A stretch of DNA of 50,485 nt from a virus (IMGVR_UViG_3300037467_001076:1-50485), one strand, 5' to 3'; counted from the first letter of the stretch, positions 9,398 through 18,498 are shown. Notes: generated from the letters alone by a model not told the origin. Translations and numbers: made by a program.

Positions 9398-10180
9398 ATC
9401 GACCCTTCCTCGCTTCGGGTCGAACCATACGTCGCAGAATCGATGGATGACGCTCGCGTCCAGGCGCTCGACTTCTACGTGAATCAGTACGTGATCGTCG
9501 CTGGCGAACCAAAGCGATTCGACGGACGCCAGCTCATCGATGTGCGGTCGAAGCCGATCAAGGACTTCGAGCCGATGAACGTCGAGCAGCGCTGTCTATT
9601 CGATCTGTTGGGCAACGACGATATTCAGGCTAAGTTCGTGCGAGGCGTCGCAGGTTCAGGTAAAACGAAGTGCGTCATGCAGTTCGGCCTCTCGAAAGTC
9701 CTCGACGGCAAACGTTTCGACCGATATCTCGTCGTTCGCAACCCCGTTCCTGTCGGTCCTCAAATCGGCTATCTCAAAGGCGATTTGGGCGCGAAGTTGG
9801 CGCCGTGGCAGAACGCGATCGTCGATAATCTGCCGAATGGCCGCAAGGACTTCGACTATCTTGTTTCAAAGGGCGCTCTCGAATGGGACATACCGGCCCT
9901 TATGCAAGGGCGAGACTTGCGCCGAACGTTTATCCACGTTACCGAAGCGCAGATGCTCACGTTCGAGCAATTGCAGATGCTCGGTTCGCGGGCGTCACAC
10001 GGCGCAGTCATCGTGTTCGAGGGCGACGAGAAGCAAGTCCTCAACGATGCCTACGTTGCCAACAACGGTTTACGCGATATCGTCGGTAAGCTCGTTGGCA
10101 ATCCCGAAATCGGGTACATGCGGCTAACGAAGACCGTTCGCAGCCGCGTGGCCGAGTTGTTCGCAGGGCTGTCGAAGTAG
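9398..10180 (+). CDS. phoH: PhoH-family ATPase
   Basis: P.NVEQ, Walker A GVAGSGKT, IGYLKG, MQGR, EAQ, GDEKQ, RSRVA. SD GGGAGG points to ATC9398; the ORF-track start at 9188 overlaps the upstream gene. Confidence 0.88.
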   Translation: MDPSSLRVEPYVAESMDDARVQALDFYVNQYVIVAGEPKRFDGRQLIDVRSKPIKDFEPMNVEQRCLFDLLGNDDIQAKFVRGVAGSGKTKCVMQFGLSKVLDGKRFDRYLVVRNPVPVGPQIGYLKGDLGAKLAPWQNAIVDNLPNGRKDFDYLVSKGALEWDIPALMQGRDLRRTFIHVTEAQMLTFEQLQMLGSRASHGAVIVFEGDEKQVLNDAYVANNGLRDIVGKLVGNPEIGYMRLTKTVRSRVAELFAGLSK

Positions 10181-10300
10181 GTCGCCCTGGTCTGCTATGT
10201 ACGATTGCACGGAGTTCCGAAGGAACGAGTGGTAACGCGATCGGTGCGGAGTCCCGTTGCGGAGATGTTCGCGAAATTGAACTGACGTAGGAGGTGCGGT

Positions 10301-10594
10301 GTGAAGCGTCTGTGGCGGTTCTATTGGGACTGCGGTCGTCAGGGCGACGTTGAGAGCGTCTTCGTCGCAACAGACGAGGAAGTCGAGGAGGCGATCGGCA
10401 AGCGCATCTACTTCGGCGAAATCCTCGGTAAGCACAGCGAGGTTCACGGCACGCTCGAACGGAGCGACTTGACGCGACTCGACGTGAGCAACGAGGCGAT
10501 CGAGGAAGTGACGAAGATTCTCGGCGAGACGTGGAGCGGTTACAATCCGCTTCGATACGTCCGAGACGAAGAGGACGAAGAAGAGGACGAGTAA
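10301..10594 (+). CDS. Hypothetical phage protein (DCGRQG / EILGKHSE motifs)
   Basis: SD AGGAGGT; acidic tail. Confidence 0.7.
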   Translation: MKRLWRFYWDCGRQGDVESVFVATDEEVEEAIGKRIYFGEILGKHSEVHGTLERSDLTRLDVSNEAIEEVTKILGETWSGYNPLRYVRDEEDEEEDE

Positions 10595-10642
10595 GCGAAA
10601 AGGGGCGTCGATCTGGCGGTGGATCGGCGCTCCTTTCGTTTG
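10595..10642 (+). terminator. Intrinsic terminator
   Basis: Long stem 10595-10613/10622-10639 followed by TTT. Confidence 0.6.
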
Positions 10643-10681
10643 CCCTCGCTCGCCCTTACGGACGCTCGCTACGGTTGCGTG

Positions 10682-10747
10682 CGACACGAAGCGACCTCCT
10701 CGCGACTACGTGTTGGTGAACGACGGTGAAACGAGGAGGAGTCGCTT
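10682..10747 (+). promoter_or_regulatory. Putative phage-specific promoter inside an SD-sequestering hairpin
   Basis: CGACAC-N14-GCGACTACGT; AAGCGACCTCCTCG (10689-10702) pairs with CGAGGAGGAGTCGCTT (10732-10747). Confidence 0.62.
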
Positions 10748-11296
10748 ATGCGGATCAACTACGACGACCCGAACGCGGCGAAGGAGATTGCGGCTGAACT
10801 CGGTTATCTAGCGACTCTGTCGATGCCTGTCGATGCGAAGCTGTGCGTTGTAGGCGTTGGGCACGCGCCGACGATGAGCGACGGACTCGGCCCATACGTC
10901 GGAACGCGTCTCAAGGCGATTCTTGGCGATCAAGTCACGGTCATCGGCACGATGGAGGACTGGGTCGGCGCGGGTCGAGTCGGTGAAGTCGCGGTTGCGC
11001 TTCAGGCGGTAGGCGAGGTGTACTGGACGATCGCGGTCGATGCGGCGGTCGGCCAGCAGATTGGACGTCTAGGCGTGTACGACGAGCCGCTTCGTCCAGG
11101 CGCAGGACAGGGCAAGTCGTTAGCGTCGCTGGGCGACGTTTCGATCATGGGCTGTACGGGTCTAAGCGGTCTTGACGTTCTCCTCGATCGGTGCGACCCC
11201 GACATTGTCCGTCGTATGGGCGATGTTGTCGTGGAAGGCATCGTCGATTTCGTCGCTCGGCTCGACGGGATTCGCATGGAGGCGATAAGCGCATGA
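10748..11296 (+). CDS. yyaC: YyaC-family (GPR-like) spore protease
   Basis: VVGVG....SDGLGPYVGT, VIGT, IAVDAAVG, PLRPGAG..K.L..LGDVSI.G match the YyaC pattern GDSLGP.VG / IDA.LG / PLKPGAG / VGD. Confidence 0.8.
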   Translation: MRINYDDPNAAKEIAAELGYLATLSMPVDAKLCVVGVGHAPTMSDGLGPYVGTRLKAILGDQVTVIGTMEDWVGAGRVGEVAVALQAVGEVYWTIAVDAAVGQQIGRLGVYDEPLRPGAGQGKSLASLGDVSIMGCTGLSGLDVLLDRCDPDIVRRMGDVVVEGIVDFVARLDGIRMEAISA

Positions 11297-11493
11297 AATC
11301 GCAACATGATCGCCCCTGGTCGGAGCGCCGCGAAGGTAAGCGTGTGAAGGCGAAGGTTACGACTGCTCACGGTAGACCCGAAGGGTCGAGTGCAGCGATG
11401 AGCGTGGACGAGCTGTTGCGACTCGTGCCGAAATTACGCGAGGCAGGCGTCGGACGAGCGATGAACGATCTGACAACGAAGGAGGACGAGTAA
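11293..11493 (+). CDS. Hypothetical basic protein
   Basis: SD GGAGG; ATGA overlap. Confidence 0.5.
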   Translation: MKSQHDRPWSERREGKRVKAKVTTAHGRPEGSSAAMSVDELLRLVPKLREAGVGRAMNDLTTKEDE

Positions 11494-11528
11494 ACACGGC
11501 ACGCTATCGGTTCCACGATATCATTCGC

Positions 11529-12044
11529 ATGGCTTACGAGCGAGGATATCGAGCGACGGATGACGGCACGATCCTGAATCCTGAAGGACGCGTTTTGGAC
11601 ATTCGCCTACGCGGTAAGCAGAAGTACCCGACGATCAGTTTTCGATGTGGAACGGAGATCACGTGCAGCGGCATGTACGGCATCCCCGCTCATCGATTCG
11701 CCGCCTACTGCTTCTTCGGCGAGGCGATGTTCGCGCCAGGAATCGTCGTACGTCATCTCGACGGCACACGCACCAACTTCGCCCGATCGAACCTTGCGCT
11801 CGGTACGCACTCAGACAACGTGCGTGACATCGATCCTGTGATCCGCAGTCGTGTTGGCCGACAAGCGCGTGCAGCGCAGGGATATCGAGCGAAGAACGCT
11901 ATGTTTTCGGACGAGCAGGTGCGAGATATCCGAAGACGCGTGCAGGGCGGCGAGCGAATGTCCGATGTAGCGAAGGAATTCGGCGTGACTCGTCAATGTA
12001 TCTACTTAATCGCGAGGAGACGTGCTTACACAGATGTCGACTGA
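11529..12044 (+). CDS. HNH homing endonuclease with C-terminal HTH
   Basis: AHRF..Y...G....VVRHLDG..TN....NL..GT.SDN; DVAKEFGVTRQCIY. The frame is open upstream to about 11490. Confidence 0.85.
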   Translation: MAYERGYRATDDGTILNPEGRVLDIRLRGKQKYPTISFRCGTEITCSGMYGIPAHRFAAYCFFGEAMFAPGIVVRHLDGTRTNFARSNLALGTHSDNVRDIDPVIRSRVGRQARAAQGYRAKNAMFSDEQVRDIRRRVQGGERMSDVAKEFGVTRQCIYLIARRRAYTDVD

Positions 12045-12792
12045 TAATCGCCATATCTCGGTTCTGGATCACGGCTATGTACGCCTGGTCGACCACATGG
12101 GCAGCGATCTAACGCCGGCGAATAGCGCTAGGGCATCGTTTGGAAAACGCTCTGAGACGTTCACCGAACGCGACGCACGCCTTCTCGCCTTCCTCGTCAA
12201 CCACGGCCACACATCGCCCTTTCGACACGCCGTCGTTCAGTTCGAGGTTAAGGCGCCGATGATGATCGCGAATCAATGGCGCAAGTATCGCGTCGGGTCG
12301 CTTCACACGCCTGAAGGCGTTCCGATCCCCGACTACACCGACGATCCGCTTTGGGCGTGGAATGAGTCGTCGCGGCGATACGTGACGGAGGAGCCGCAGT
12401 TCTACGTTCCCAAGGCGACGGAATGGCGATCAGCGCCTGAGTCGAAGAAGCAGGGAAGCGGCGATGCGGTAAGTCCGATGAACGGCTCGATCGCTGAAAT
12501 CGACTTGAGGCGACACATCGCGCGATCGGTCGATCATTACGAGACTGCGATGCGATGCGGCATCTGCGCGGAACAGGCGCGTCTCTTCCTTCCCGCCTAC
12601 GCGATGTACGTGACGTGGTATTGGACGGCATCGCTTCAAAGCGTCTGTCACTTCCTGAACGAACGGCTCGGTCACGACGCTCAAAGCGAGATTCGCGATT
12701 ATGCGTCGGCTGTCTACAGCCTCGTCAAGCCGCTGTTTCCGGTCAGCGTCGATCATTTCGTGAAGCACGATATTGCGAAGGAGGATGCGTAA
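12034..12792 (+). CDS. thyX: FAD-dependent thymidylate synthase
   Basis: LDHGYVRLVD.MG.D, ARASF, H.SPFRH, WNESSRRY, EQARLFLP, AQSEIR. Confidence 0.93.
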   Translation: MSTDNRHISVLDHGYVRLVDHMGSDLTPANSARASFGKRSETFTERDARLLAFLVNHGHTSPFRHAVVQFEVKAPMMIANQWRKYRVGSLHTPEGVPIPDYTDDPLWAWNESSRRYVTEEPQFYVPKATEWRSAPESKKQGSGDAVSPMNGSIAEIDLRRHIARSVDHYETAMRCGICAEQARLFLPAYAMYVTWYWTASLQSVCHFLNERLGHDAQSEIRDYASAVYSLVKPLFPVSVDHFVKHDIAKEDA

Positions 12793-12793
12793 G

Positions 12794-12973
12794 GTGGGCG
12801 ATTGGTTGGTACTCGTAGTCTTCGCAGACGGCGAGGCTGAGCGACTTACGGTTTCAGGTGAAACGATGGCCGACGCTTTGAACGAAGTTTCCGTCAAGTT
12901 AGACGCAGGTAAGCGGGAGACACCCGTACTCGCCGTTCGCGTCGACCCGCTAAACGAACCGTACTTCATTTAA
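12794..12973 (+). CDS. Small hypothetical protein
   Basis: SD AAGGAGG before GTG12794. Confidence 0.5.
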   Translation: MGDWLVLVVFADGEAERLTVSGETMADALNEVSVKLDAGKRETPVLAVRVDPLNEPYFI

Positions 12974-12986
12974 GGAGGACGAGTAG

Positions 12987-13814
12987 ATGTCGAAGTTCAG
13001 CGTTGGACAGCGCGTGCAGACGACCCGCGATTTCGCCGTTCGCTTCAACACCGCTTTCAAGTCGTTCGAGTTGAATATGCCGGAAACGGCGCTGTCGGCG
13101 ACAGTCGTGTCGCACGAATCTCGTGGCACGATCGTTAGACTTGATCTCGAAGGATACGAAACCCCTTTCACCGCCCTTAAACTCGGCGGGTGGCGGAAGG
13201 ACGGTTGGTTCGCAAATGATGACGAACTAGTGCCTCTCCATCGCTTCTCCGTCAACGATAAGGTGACGATCAAGCGACAAAAGGGCGTCGGCACGATCGT
13301 TGATATCGACGAAGTCGAGCAACAACGCCCCTACTGCGTCACCTACGACACGCCAGACGGCAAGGCGTTCTACTTCGTCTCCGACGCCGATCTCGATCCA
13401 TACGTCGAGCCTGCGACCCCAACGACCGCCGACGACAATCCTCGCCTCATCGCCTTGATCGAGGAGCGTCTAGCGAAGGGATTCGCCTCGTACGGTCACG
13501 GCGTTCAGACAGGCGATCGTCAGTACGATTGGCCGACGATGACGTTAGAGGAAATGCTCGACGGAGCGATTTACCTCGCAGCGGCGATCGTTCGCTTGCA
13601 GGACGCTGATCGTCAGCATCGCATCGACGCGCATTACATCGCCGTCGCCCGCGAGTTGGCGACGATCAATGGCTGGACGATCACCAACGCACTCGATGCG
13701 CTCGTCGTCGATGGGTTCGCGAGTGCGTTCTACGACGACCCTGAGACGTACCTGAGCGAGTCGCCGCGTGGGTTGGCGAAGAAGGTCGATGAGAAGCGAA
13801 AGGGGGCGCGGTGA
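12987..13814 (+). CDS. Multidomain protein: two SH3-like repeats plus a MazG-like all-alpha segment
   Basis: Repeated FSVG.RV/FSVNDKV starts; R..KG...YG.....W.....EE..D...Y pattern. Confidence 0.55.
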   Translation: MSKFSVGQRVQTTRDFAVRFNTAFKSFELNMPETALSATVVSHESRGTIVRLDLEGYETPFTALKLGGWRKDGWFANDDELVPLHRFSVNDKVTIKRQKGVGTIVDIDEVEQQRPYCVTYDTPDGKAFYFVSDADLDPYVEPATPTTADDNPRLIALIEERLAKGFASYGHGVQTGDRQYDWPTMTLEEMLDGAIYLAAAIVRLQDADRQHRIDAHYIAVARELATINGWTITNALDALVVDGFASAFYDDPETYLSESPRGLAKKVDEKRKGAR

Positions 13815-13818
13815 GGCG

Positions 13819-14313
13819 ATGAGCGCGTACAAGGTCGGCGATCGCGTCGAGTTCGCACGAGACGGTTCGGCGGGTTGCGCGGTCATCGGTTGCGTCGGAA
13901 CGATCATCGAGGTAAGCGAGTCCGACGAGGAAGGAACGCAATACCTCGTCAAGATCGACGGATGGGCGTCGCCACGCTGGTCGGAGTGGACCGAGTTCCA
14001 CGAGAACTGCGTCTACTACGACGAGAATATCGACCCTTCGCCGACACCGCCTGAGTCTCGCCAAAGCGCCCTCAATCGCCTGCTCGCCGAGCATAAGGAG
14101 CGCAAGGCGGCGTTGGAGGAGACGCGGAAAGCGATCGAGGCGCTTCTTATCGATCAGACGTTGCGACATCGCAAAACGGGAAATTGGTATCACGTCTATC
14201 GCGTTCGCAGGACGCTCTACGTCGACGGTCGTCCACTCGGCCACAACTCATTCGGCGCGGTTACGGCTCAGTCGCTTGAGTTCGTGGATGACGAGGCGGG
14301 TGACACGCCATAG
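13819..14313 (+). CDS. Hypothetical protein with SH3-like N-terminus
   Basis: YKVGDRV...VGTIIEV...YLVK; SD upstream. Confidence 0.6.
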   Translation: MSAYKVGDRVEFARDGSAGCAVIGCVGTIIEVSESDEEGTQYLVKIDGWASPRWSEWTEFHENCVYYDENIDPSPTPPESRQSALNRLLAEHKERKAALEETRKAIEALLIDQTLRHRKTGNWYHVYRVRRTLYVDGRPLGHNSFGAVTAQSLEFVDDEAGDTP

Positions 14314-14672
14314 GTCACGTCAAACGCGACATCTACGCTCAGTCTCGCCGGCTCGACGAAGATTACCCGCTTCATACGGCAGAAGGCGTTCAGGCGTTCT
14401 TGCTCGCGTGGGACCGCTTGAAGGAACGCAAGATTCGCGAGGCGCATCTGCCGCTGGCCGACGCCACGATCGACATGATCGAAGCGCTCGCCGACGTACG
14501 ATTCTCGGATCGAGAGGCGCAAGTCGTCGCCCTGGTCGTGAATCAGTCGATGAACACGCAAGAGGTCGCGGAGGCGATCGGTGTAGGCGAGAGCAGCGTG
14601 AGGACGACGCTGGGACGAGCGTGCGCAAAGATCGCGGAGTATATGAGCGATGAAAGCGAGGAGGAACGATGA
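14310..14672 (+). CDS. Sigma-70 region 4-like HTH transcription factor
   Basis: FSDREAQVVAL....MNTQEVAEAIGV.ESSV...L.RA..KI. The frame is open back to ATA14310 (GHVKRDIY...), preceded by GAGGCGGGTG. Confidence 0.72.
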   Translation: MGHVKRDIYAQSRRLDEDYPLHTAEGVQAFLLAWDRLKERKIREAHLPLADATIDMIEALADVRFSDREAQVVALVVNQSMNTQEVAEAIGVGESSVRTTLGRACAKIAEYMSDESEEER

Positions 14673-14860
14673 ACGCTCTAGCAGGATTCTTGCTAGCGGT
14701 ATACGTCGTTGGGGCGATTTGGCGATTCTTTGACGCGGGACTCGATGGTGACACATTCGCGGAATCAGTCGTCGAAGCGGCGTTCTGGCCGTTGTTCTTC
14801 GTCCTCGCGATTCCGCCCGTTTTGATTCGGCGAATCAAGCGCATCTACGGCAAGGCGTAG
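14669..14860 (+). CDS. Small membrane protein
   Basis: SD GAGGAGG; two hydrophobic segments with FWP motif. Confidence 0.65.
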   Translation: MNALAGFLLAVYVVGAIWRFFDAGLDGDTFAESVVEAAFWPLFFVLAIPPVLIRRIKRIYGKA

Positions 14861-14895
14861 AATCCGTAAAAATCGATACACCACGTCAATATCGC

Positions 14896-14924
14896 TTGAC
14901 CCTCGACGCCCCTTCGCGTAAAAT
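14896..14924 (+). promoter_or_regulatory. sigmaA-type promoter
   Basis: TTGACC-N17-TAAAAT. Confidence 0.6.
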
Positions 14925-14945
14925 TAGCGCGAGGGGGTGTTCGCT

Positions 14946-15239
14946 ATCGTCGACTTTGCGAAAGACTACGTCATACGTTTTCGACTACGCGAACTCCTCG
15001 CTTCACGCGGCTGGAACGTTGGCGCGGGTGATTACGTCGTCGCCCGACAACTGCGCGAACTGTGCGGCGTGCCCGACAGCGTCGGTAAGCGACTCCTTCG
15101 TAACGAATCGAAGGGCGTCGATAATGTGACGCTCATGCGCCTGTCGCTCGGCATCGGCTGTGCGATCGGCGATCTGTTCGAGATAGACGTCGTAAGCGAT
15201 GAAAACGACGAAAACGCCCGTAACGGCGAAAGCGAGTAA
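14946..15239 (+). CDS. Cro/C1-type (HTH_26-like) regulator
   Basis: IRFRLRELL...QL.ELCGV.......L..N....V...TL..L...GC.IGDLFE. SD GAGGGGG points to ATC14946; alternative GTG14937. Confidence 0.78.
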   Translation: MVDFAKDYVIRFRLRELLASRGWNVGAGDYVVARQLRELCGVPDSVGKRLLRNESKGVDNVTLMRLSLGIGCAIGDLFEIDVVSDENDENARNGESE

Positions 15240-15270
15240 TGCCGCTCTCGAATCGTTACGGGCGTTCTAT
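15211..15270. terminator. Bidirectional terminator between convergent arms
   Basis: AACGCCCGTAACG (15213-15225) / CGTTACGGGCGTT (15254-15266). Confidence 0.65.
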
Positions 15271-15274
15271 TCGT

Positions 15275-15907
15275 TTACTTCGAGCCTTCGATCATGCGGC
15301 GACAGATGACGAGAACGCGGATACTCTCGTTGCTCATTGACAACTTGCCGTCCATACCGCCCTTGACGTAACCCTTCGCCTTCATGTCGGCCAGCTCGCT
15401 TGCAAACGGATGGTCGGCGGGAACGTCAACGAACGGTCCAAGGCGATCGAAACGTTTCAGGTCGTACTTCTCGATCAGGGCGAGTAGTTGACGCTCGTAC
15501 GAACTATCGGTCGCATACGGCATCGGCGCGGCGACAAGACCGTGAATCGCCTCTTCAGGCGTCTTGGCAGCGTTGTAGAGCGCGTAGTTCGACCAAGCGA
15601 AGATCTTATCGCGCTCAACGATGTGCTCGTCAAAGTCGTGATAGGCGCGGAAGTCGGCGAGGACGCGGACCATGCGCCCGTCGATCTCCTCGTTCGTCCA
15701 CGCCTTGACGCTTCCTGCGGGACCAACGCCCTTCACGCCTGTTAGGTTAAACGATTCTTGGCCCGTTGTTACGTCCTTGGGCGTCGATTCGCCCCAATTC
15801 GACTCAAGCGCTACCTGCGCGAGTCGCACCGATGCGAACCCGCCGTTCTTTCGCATCGCCTCCTGGCACGGTCCAACGAACTTATCGAAGAACGCTTGTG
15901 GCGTCAT
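15275..15907 (-). CDS. Endolysin: GH73 glucosaminidase plus SLH-like domain
   Basis: AQVALES.WG, NLTGVKG, FRAY, YATD..Y; C-terminal F.DVPADHPF...L.....GYVKG. Confidence 0.88.
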   Translation of the reverse strand: MTPQAFFDKFVGPCQEAMRKNGGFASVRLAQVALESNWGESTPKDVTTGQESFNLTGVKGVGPAGSVKAWTNEEIDGRMVRVLADFRAYHDFDEHIVERDKIFAWSNYALYNAAKTPEEAIHGLVAAPMPYATDSSYERQLLALIEKYDLKRFDRLGPFVDVPADHPFASELADMKAKGYVKGGMDGKLSMSNESIRVLVICRRMIEGSK

Positions 15908-16163
15908 GGACGTTCACCTCCGTCGATGCCTTCGCAACAGGCGCCTTGACGATGACAAGTGCCAGCAGTGCCGTCACGATCGCGCCGATGATGAGGCGAA
16001 GAATCCACGTCGTATTCGACTTGATCTCCTTCAAATCGTCCTTCACGTACTTGATGTCGTTCTCCTGAACGGTCACTCGCGTCTCAAGCGATCCGATGCG
16101 CTTATCGTGTTCCTCGACCTGTCGCTCCAACGCTTCGAGCAGGCGACTCACCTCGTTATCCAC
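15882..16163 (-). CDS. xhlA: XhlA-family holin/hemolysin
   Basis: Coiled coil RI..LE....L.EIK.NT.WI.RLIIGAI followed by a TM segment; adjacent to the endolysin. Confidence 0.8.
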   Translation of the reverse strand: MDNEVSRLLEALERQVEEHDKRIGSLETRVTVQENDIKYVKDDLKEIKSNTTWILRLIIGAIVTALLALVIVKAPVAKASTEVNVHDATSVLR

Positions 16164-16194
16164 TATTCACCAATCCCCTCGATATTGGCGTTGA

Positions 16195-16223
16195 TTGACT
16201 TTCACGTACCGGAACGATACAAT
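16195..16223 (+). promoter_or_regulatory. sigmaA-type promoter antisense to the late operon
   Basis: TTGACT-N17-TACAAT. Confidence 0.7.
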
Positions 16224-16229
16224 ACGACT

Positions 16230-16301
16230 GAGCGAGGTTCATCGTGGGACAAGCACGATGAAAAGCGTAGTCCCTCGACTACGCTGACCTCGCTCCTTTT
16301 T
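16230..16301 (+). ncRNA. Candidate ~72-nt three-way-junction sRNA
   Basis: P1 16230-37/16288-95, P2 16238-46/16254-62 and P3 16264-72/16277-85 are all perfectly paired, followed by TTTTT; starts 6 nt after the -10 box. Confidence 0.6.
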
Positions 16302-16305
16302 GCGT

Positions 16306-16446
16306 CTATGTCGCCTTCGGCTGTTCGCCAAAGACGATCAATACTCGATGCGTGTCGAGAGGCGTGACAGCCGTCGTGATCGTCGTCACCTGTTCGGTGT
16401 CGTTGACTACGACGCGCTTGCCCCCGTCGATTGGCTGTTCGCTCAT
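16306..16446 (-). CDS. Small hypothetical protein (46 aa, MSEQPIDGGK...)
   Basis: Short ORF directly after the 16459 stop, in the late operon orientation. Confidence 0.45.
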   Translation of the reverse strand: MSEQPIDGGKRVVVNDTEQVTTITTAVTPLDTHRVLIVFGEQPKAT

Positions 16447-16458
16447 CTCGATCACGCG

Positions 16459-16863
16459 CTACACCGCCTCTACAGTCGTCTGAGCATCGCCGTAGCCGCT
16501 CAGAGACGCTGAGATTCGGAACATGCGCGTGGTCGATGAAGCGACCTGAAGAATCGCCGTGCCGTCTGGACCGACCTCGACGGTCGTCGGTCGAAGGTTG
16601 ACGCTGAACGTGACTGAACCAGTCGGCGTCTCGCGCAACCAGACGAGTTCACCGTCGACAACGTCGCATCGCTCAAACGTGGCCGTGACCGTCGCCTGGT
16701 CAACGCCGTCAGCGATGAACATCGACTTGTCAACGGAGAGGGCGATGTGAGGCGCCGGCAGCGGGTACTCGACGACCGTGCCTGTGGCGTACGTCTCGAC
16801 GACGACGTTCACAGGCGTTGGGTCGTCGCTGTTAAACGGTTTGGAGACGAGTGATCGTTCCAA
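16459..16863 (-). CDS. Ig-like (invasin-type) virion-associated protein
   Basis: IADGVDQATVTAT and DGTA.L.V.S beta-strand pattern. Confidence 0.55.
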   Translation of the reverse strand: MERSLVSKPFNSDDPTPVNVVVETYATGTVVEYPLPAPHIALSVDKSMFIADGVDQATVTATFERCDVVDGELVWLRETPTGSVTFSVNLRPTTVEVGPDGTAILQVASSTTRMFRISASLSGYGDAQTTVEAV

Positions 16864-16880
16864 GGACGACGCTCCTTTCG

Positions 16881-17276
16881 TTAGGGCGTGAGGATGTACG
16901 TTACGATCGAGTTGATGAACTGCGACGCTACACCATCGCTGTTCGCACTTTCGATCTTCAGCGACGTGTTGAATGGAACGAGGAGTGCCATCGTCTTCGC
17001 GCCTGTACCAGACGTTGTCGCCGCCTGCCCGTAGAAGGGCGAAATGTGTAAGCCGATCACGGTCGCAGTCCCGCCGTCAATCGTAACGCGATGCTTGACG
17101 TTCTCAGCGGAGGTTTCGCCGAACGCGGCGATTTGGACGAGCCAACCGCGTCCTGTAACGTTGATGACCGTTTGATAATCGCTTCCTGTGTTGGCACTAC
17201 TGACTCGAAGTTTCGTCACACTAAGCGCTCCAAAGCGAGAGAGCGATTGAATCTGTCCTGCGAGTACGGGGTCCAT
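16881..17276 (-). CDS. Tail fibre-associated protein
   Basis: Beta-rich; V.G.G.L...RVTIDG...F.TSL.IE pattern shared with the neighbouring gene. Confidence 0.55.
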   Translation of the reverse strand: MDPVLAGQIQSLSRFGALSVTKLRVSSANTGSDYQTVINVTGRGWLVQIAAFGETSAENVKHRVTIDGGTATVIGLHISPFYGQAATTSGTGAKTMALLVPFNTSLKIESANSDGVASQFINSIVTYILTP

Positions 17277-17641
17277 TATTGCGCCCCCCAAATAATCGCG
17301 TAGTTCGTATTAGCCGAACCCGTTCCCTTAAACTCGATGAGAAGAGACGTCTTGAACGTCAGCCCTCCGAGATTGAGCGTGAACCCTGACGTCATGCGCG
17401 GGTAGACGAGCGACGACTGTGGGCTGACGATTTCAACTGGAGTTCCGCTGTCAATCGTAATGCGAATCGAGTTGACATTTACGAAGTTGATCGAGTAGAC
17501 GAGTCCTGCGCCCGTCACGGTCATGGCGGTCGCGTACGTCGACGAACTCATCGTCTGGTTCGTTCCAATCGTCTCGTTGATCTGCTTGACCGCGAACATC
17601 TTTCGTAGTGCCGCCTGGTTGACGACATCAATCGATAACAT
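17276..17641 (-). CDS. Tail fibre-associated protein (paralogue of 16881-17276)
   Basis: VTGAGLV...RITIDS...FKTSLLIE. Confidence 0.55.
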   Translation of the reverse strand: MLSIDVVNQAALRKMFAVKQINETIGTNQTMSSSTYATAMTVTGAGLVYSINFVNVNSIRITIDSGTPVEIVSPQSSLVYPRMTSGFTLNLGGLTFKTSLLIEFKGTGSANTNYAIIWGAQ

Positions 17642-18498
17642 TACGACACCACCCTCGTCTCACCGCTGACCGTGCCGTCCGTGTTGTACGCGTAGGTCGT
17701 CGTCACGGTCGTTCCGTCGAACGTCTCGACGACGGTCGTCAGCACGCCGCTACCGTTGTACGTGAATGACGCTGTGCGAACCGTCGTCGTACCGTCCTTC
17801 CACGTTACAGTCGAGACACGGCCTGACGTATAGCCGTACGTGACCGACAGCGTTCCGACGTACTCGACGAGTCCGATGTGCGTCTCGACCGACTGGTTCG
17901 ACGTGCCCCGACCGATTCGCGTATCCTCGACGAACGCCTTGTTCGCCGCGTCGCCTGAAGCGCTCGGCGTCGGCACGTTGATGATGCGAACGCCGTCGAT
18001 GTACGTGCCCGTCGTGTTGCTCGTCGGAGCGTTAGAGCCGAGATCCGCGTCGGCGGTCGTGTCCGTGTACGACGTTTGACCCGCTGGTATCGTCGCAACG
18101 AGTTTGAGCTGCGCACCGCCCACGGCGGTTCGGTAGACGCGCTTGGCGACGACGGTCGTATCTGCGCTGTTCGGAATCGACGTGAGCGTTGTCGCCTGGT
18201 TGCCGCTCGTGGTCGTGACGCTCTTGGTCGGCGACGGAAGCGTCTCGCCGCTCACAACGACCGTGGCGTCATCCTTGAGGATGCCAGTCACGAACGTTAC
18301 GGCGTACAGGTACGCTCCAACGCCGAGCGACGTACCCGCCGTGGCCGTCGCAACGCCGATCGCCGTCGACGGGTCGTTGATTGCTGGCGCGAAGGTGATT
18401 GCACCTACGTCAGCATCGCCCGACAACGCATCGGCGAGTTGGTTCACGTCGGACGGCATGGGCGTGTCGCCGACGTTAATTCGATAGAATGCGCTCAT
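17641..18498 (-). CDS. Tail fibre / receptor-binding protein
   Basis: T/G-rich; Y.Y.VTFV...GET.PS, RVYRT, YTDT, DAANKAFV, C-terminal YD-like repeats. Confidence 0.65.
   Translation of the reverse strand: MSAFYRINVGDTPMPSDVNQLADALSGDADVGAITFAPAINDPSTAIGVATATAGTSLGVGAYLYAVTFVTGILKDDATVVVSGETLPSPTKSVTTTSGNQATTLTSIPNSADTTVVAKRVYRTAVGGAQLKLVATIPAGQTSYTDTTADADLGSNAPTSNTTGTYIDGVRIINVPTPSASGDAANKAFVEDTRIGRGTSNQSVETHIGLVEYVGTLSVTYGYTSGRVSTVTWKDGTTTVRTASFTYNGSGVLTTVVETFDGTTVTTTYAYNTDGTVSGETRVVS

Noticed and set aside
10181-10300. tRNA or riboswitch in the PhoH-10301 spacer
   Set aside because: Only short hairpins are present, with no cloverleaf, T-loop/CCA or recognisable aptamer.
16228-16300. Hammerhead ribozyme or purine riboswitch identity for the three-way junction
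   Set aside because: There is no proper CUGANGA/GAAA/UH core, and the junction strands are too short for a purine aptamer.
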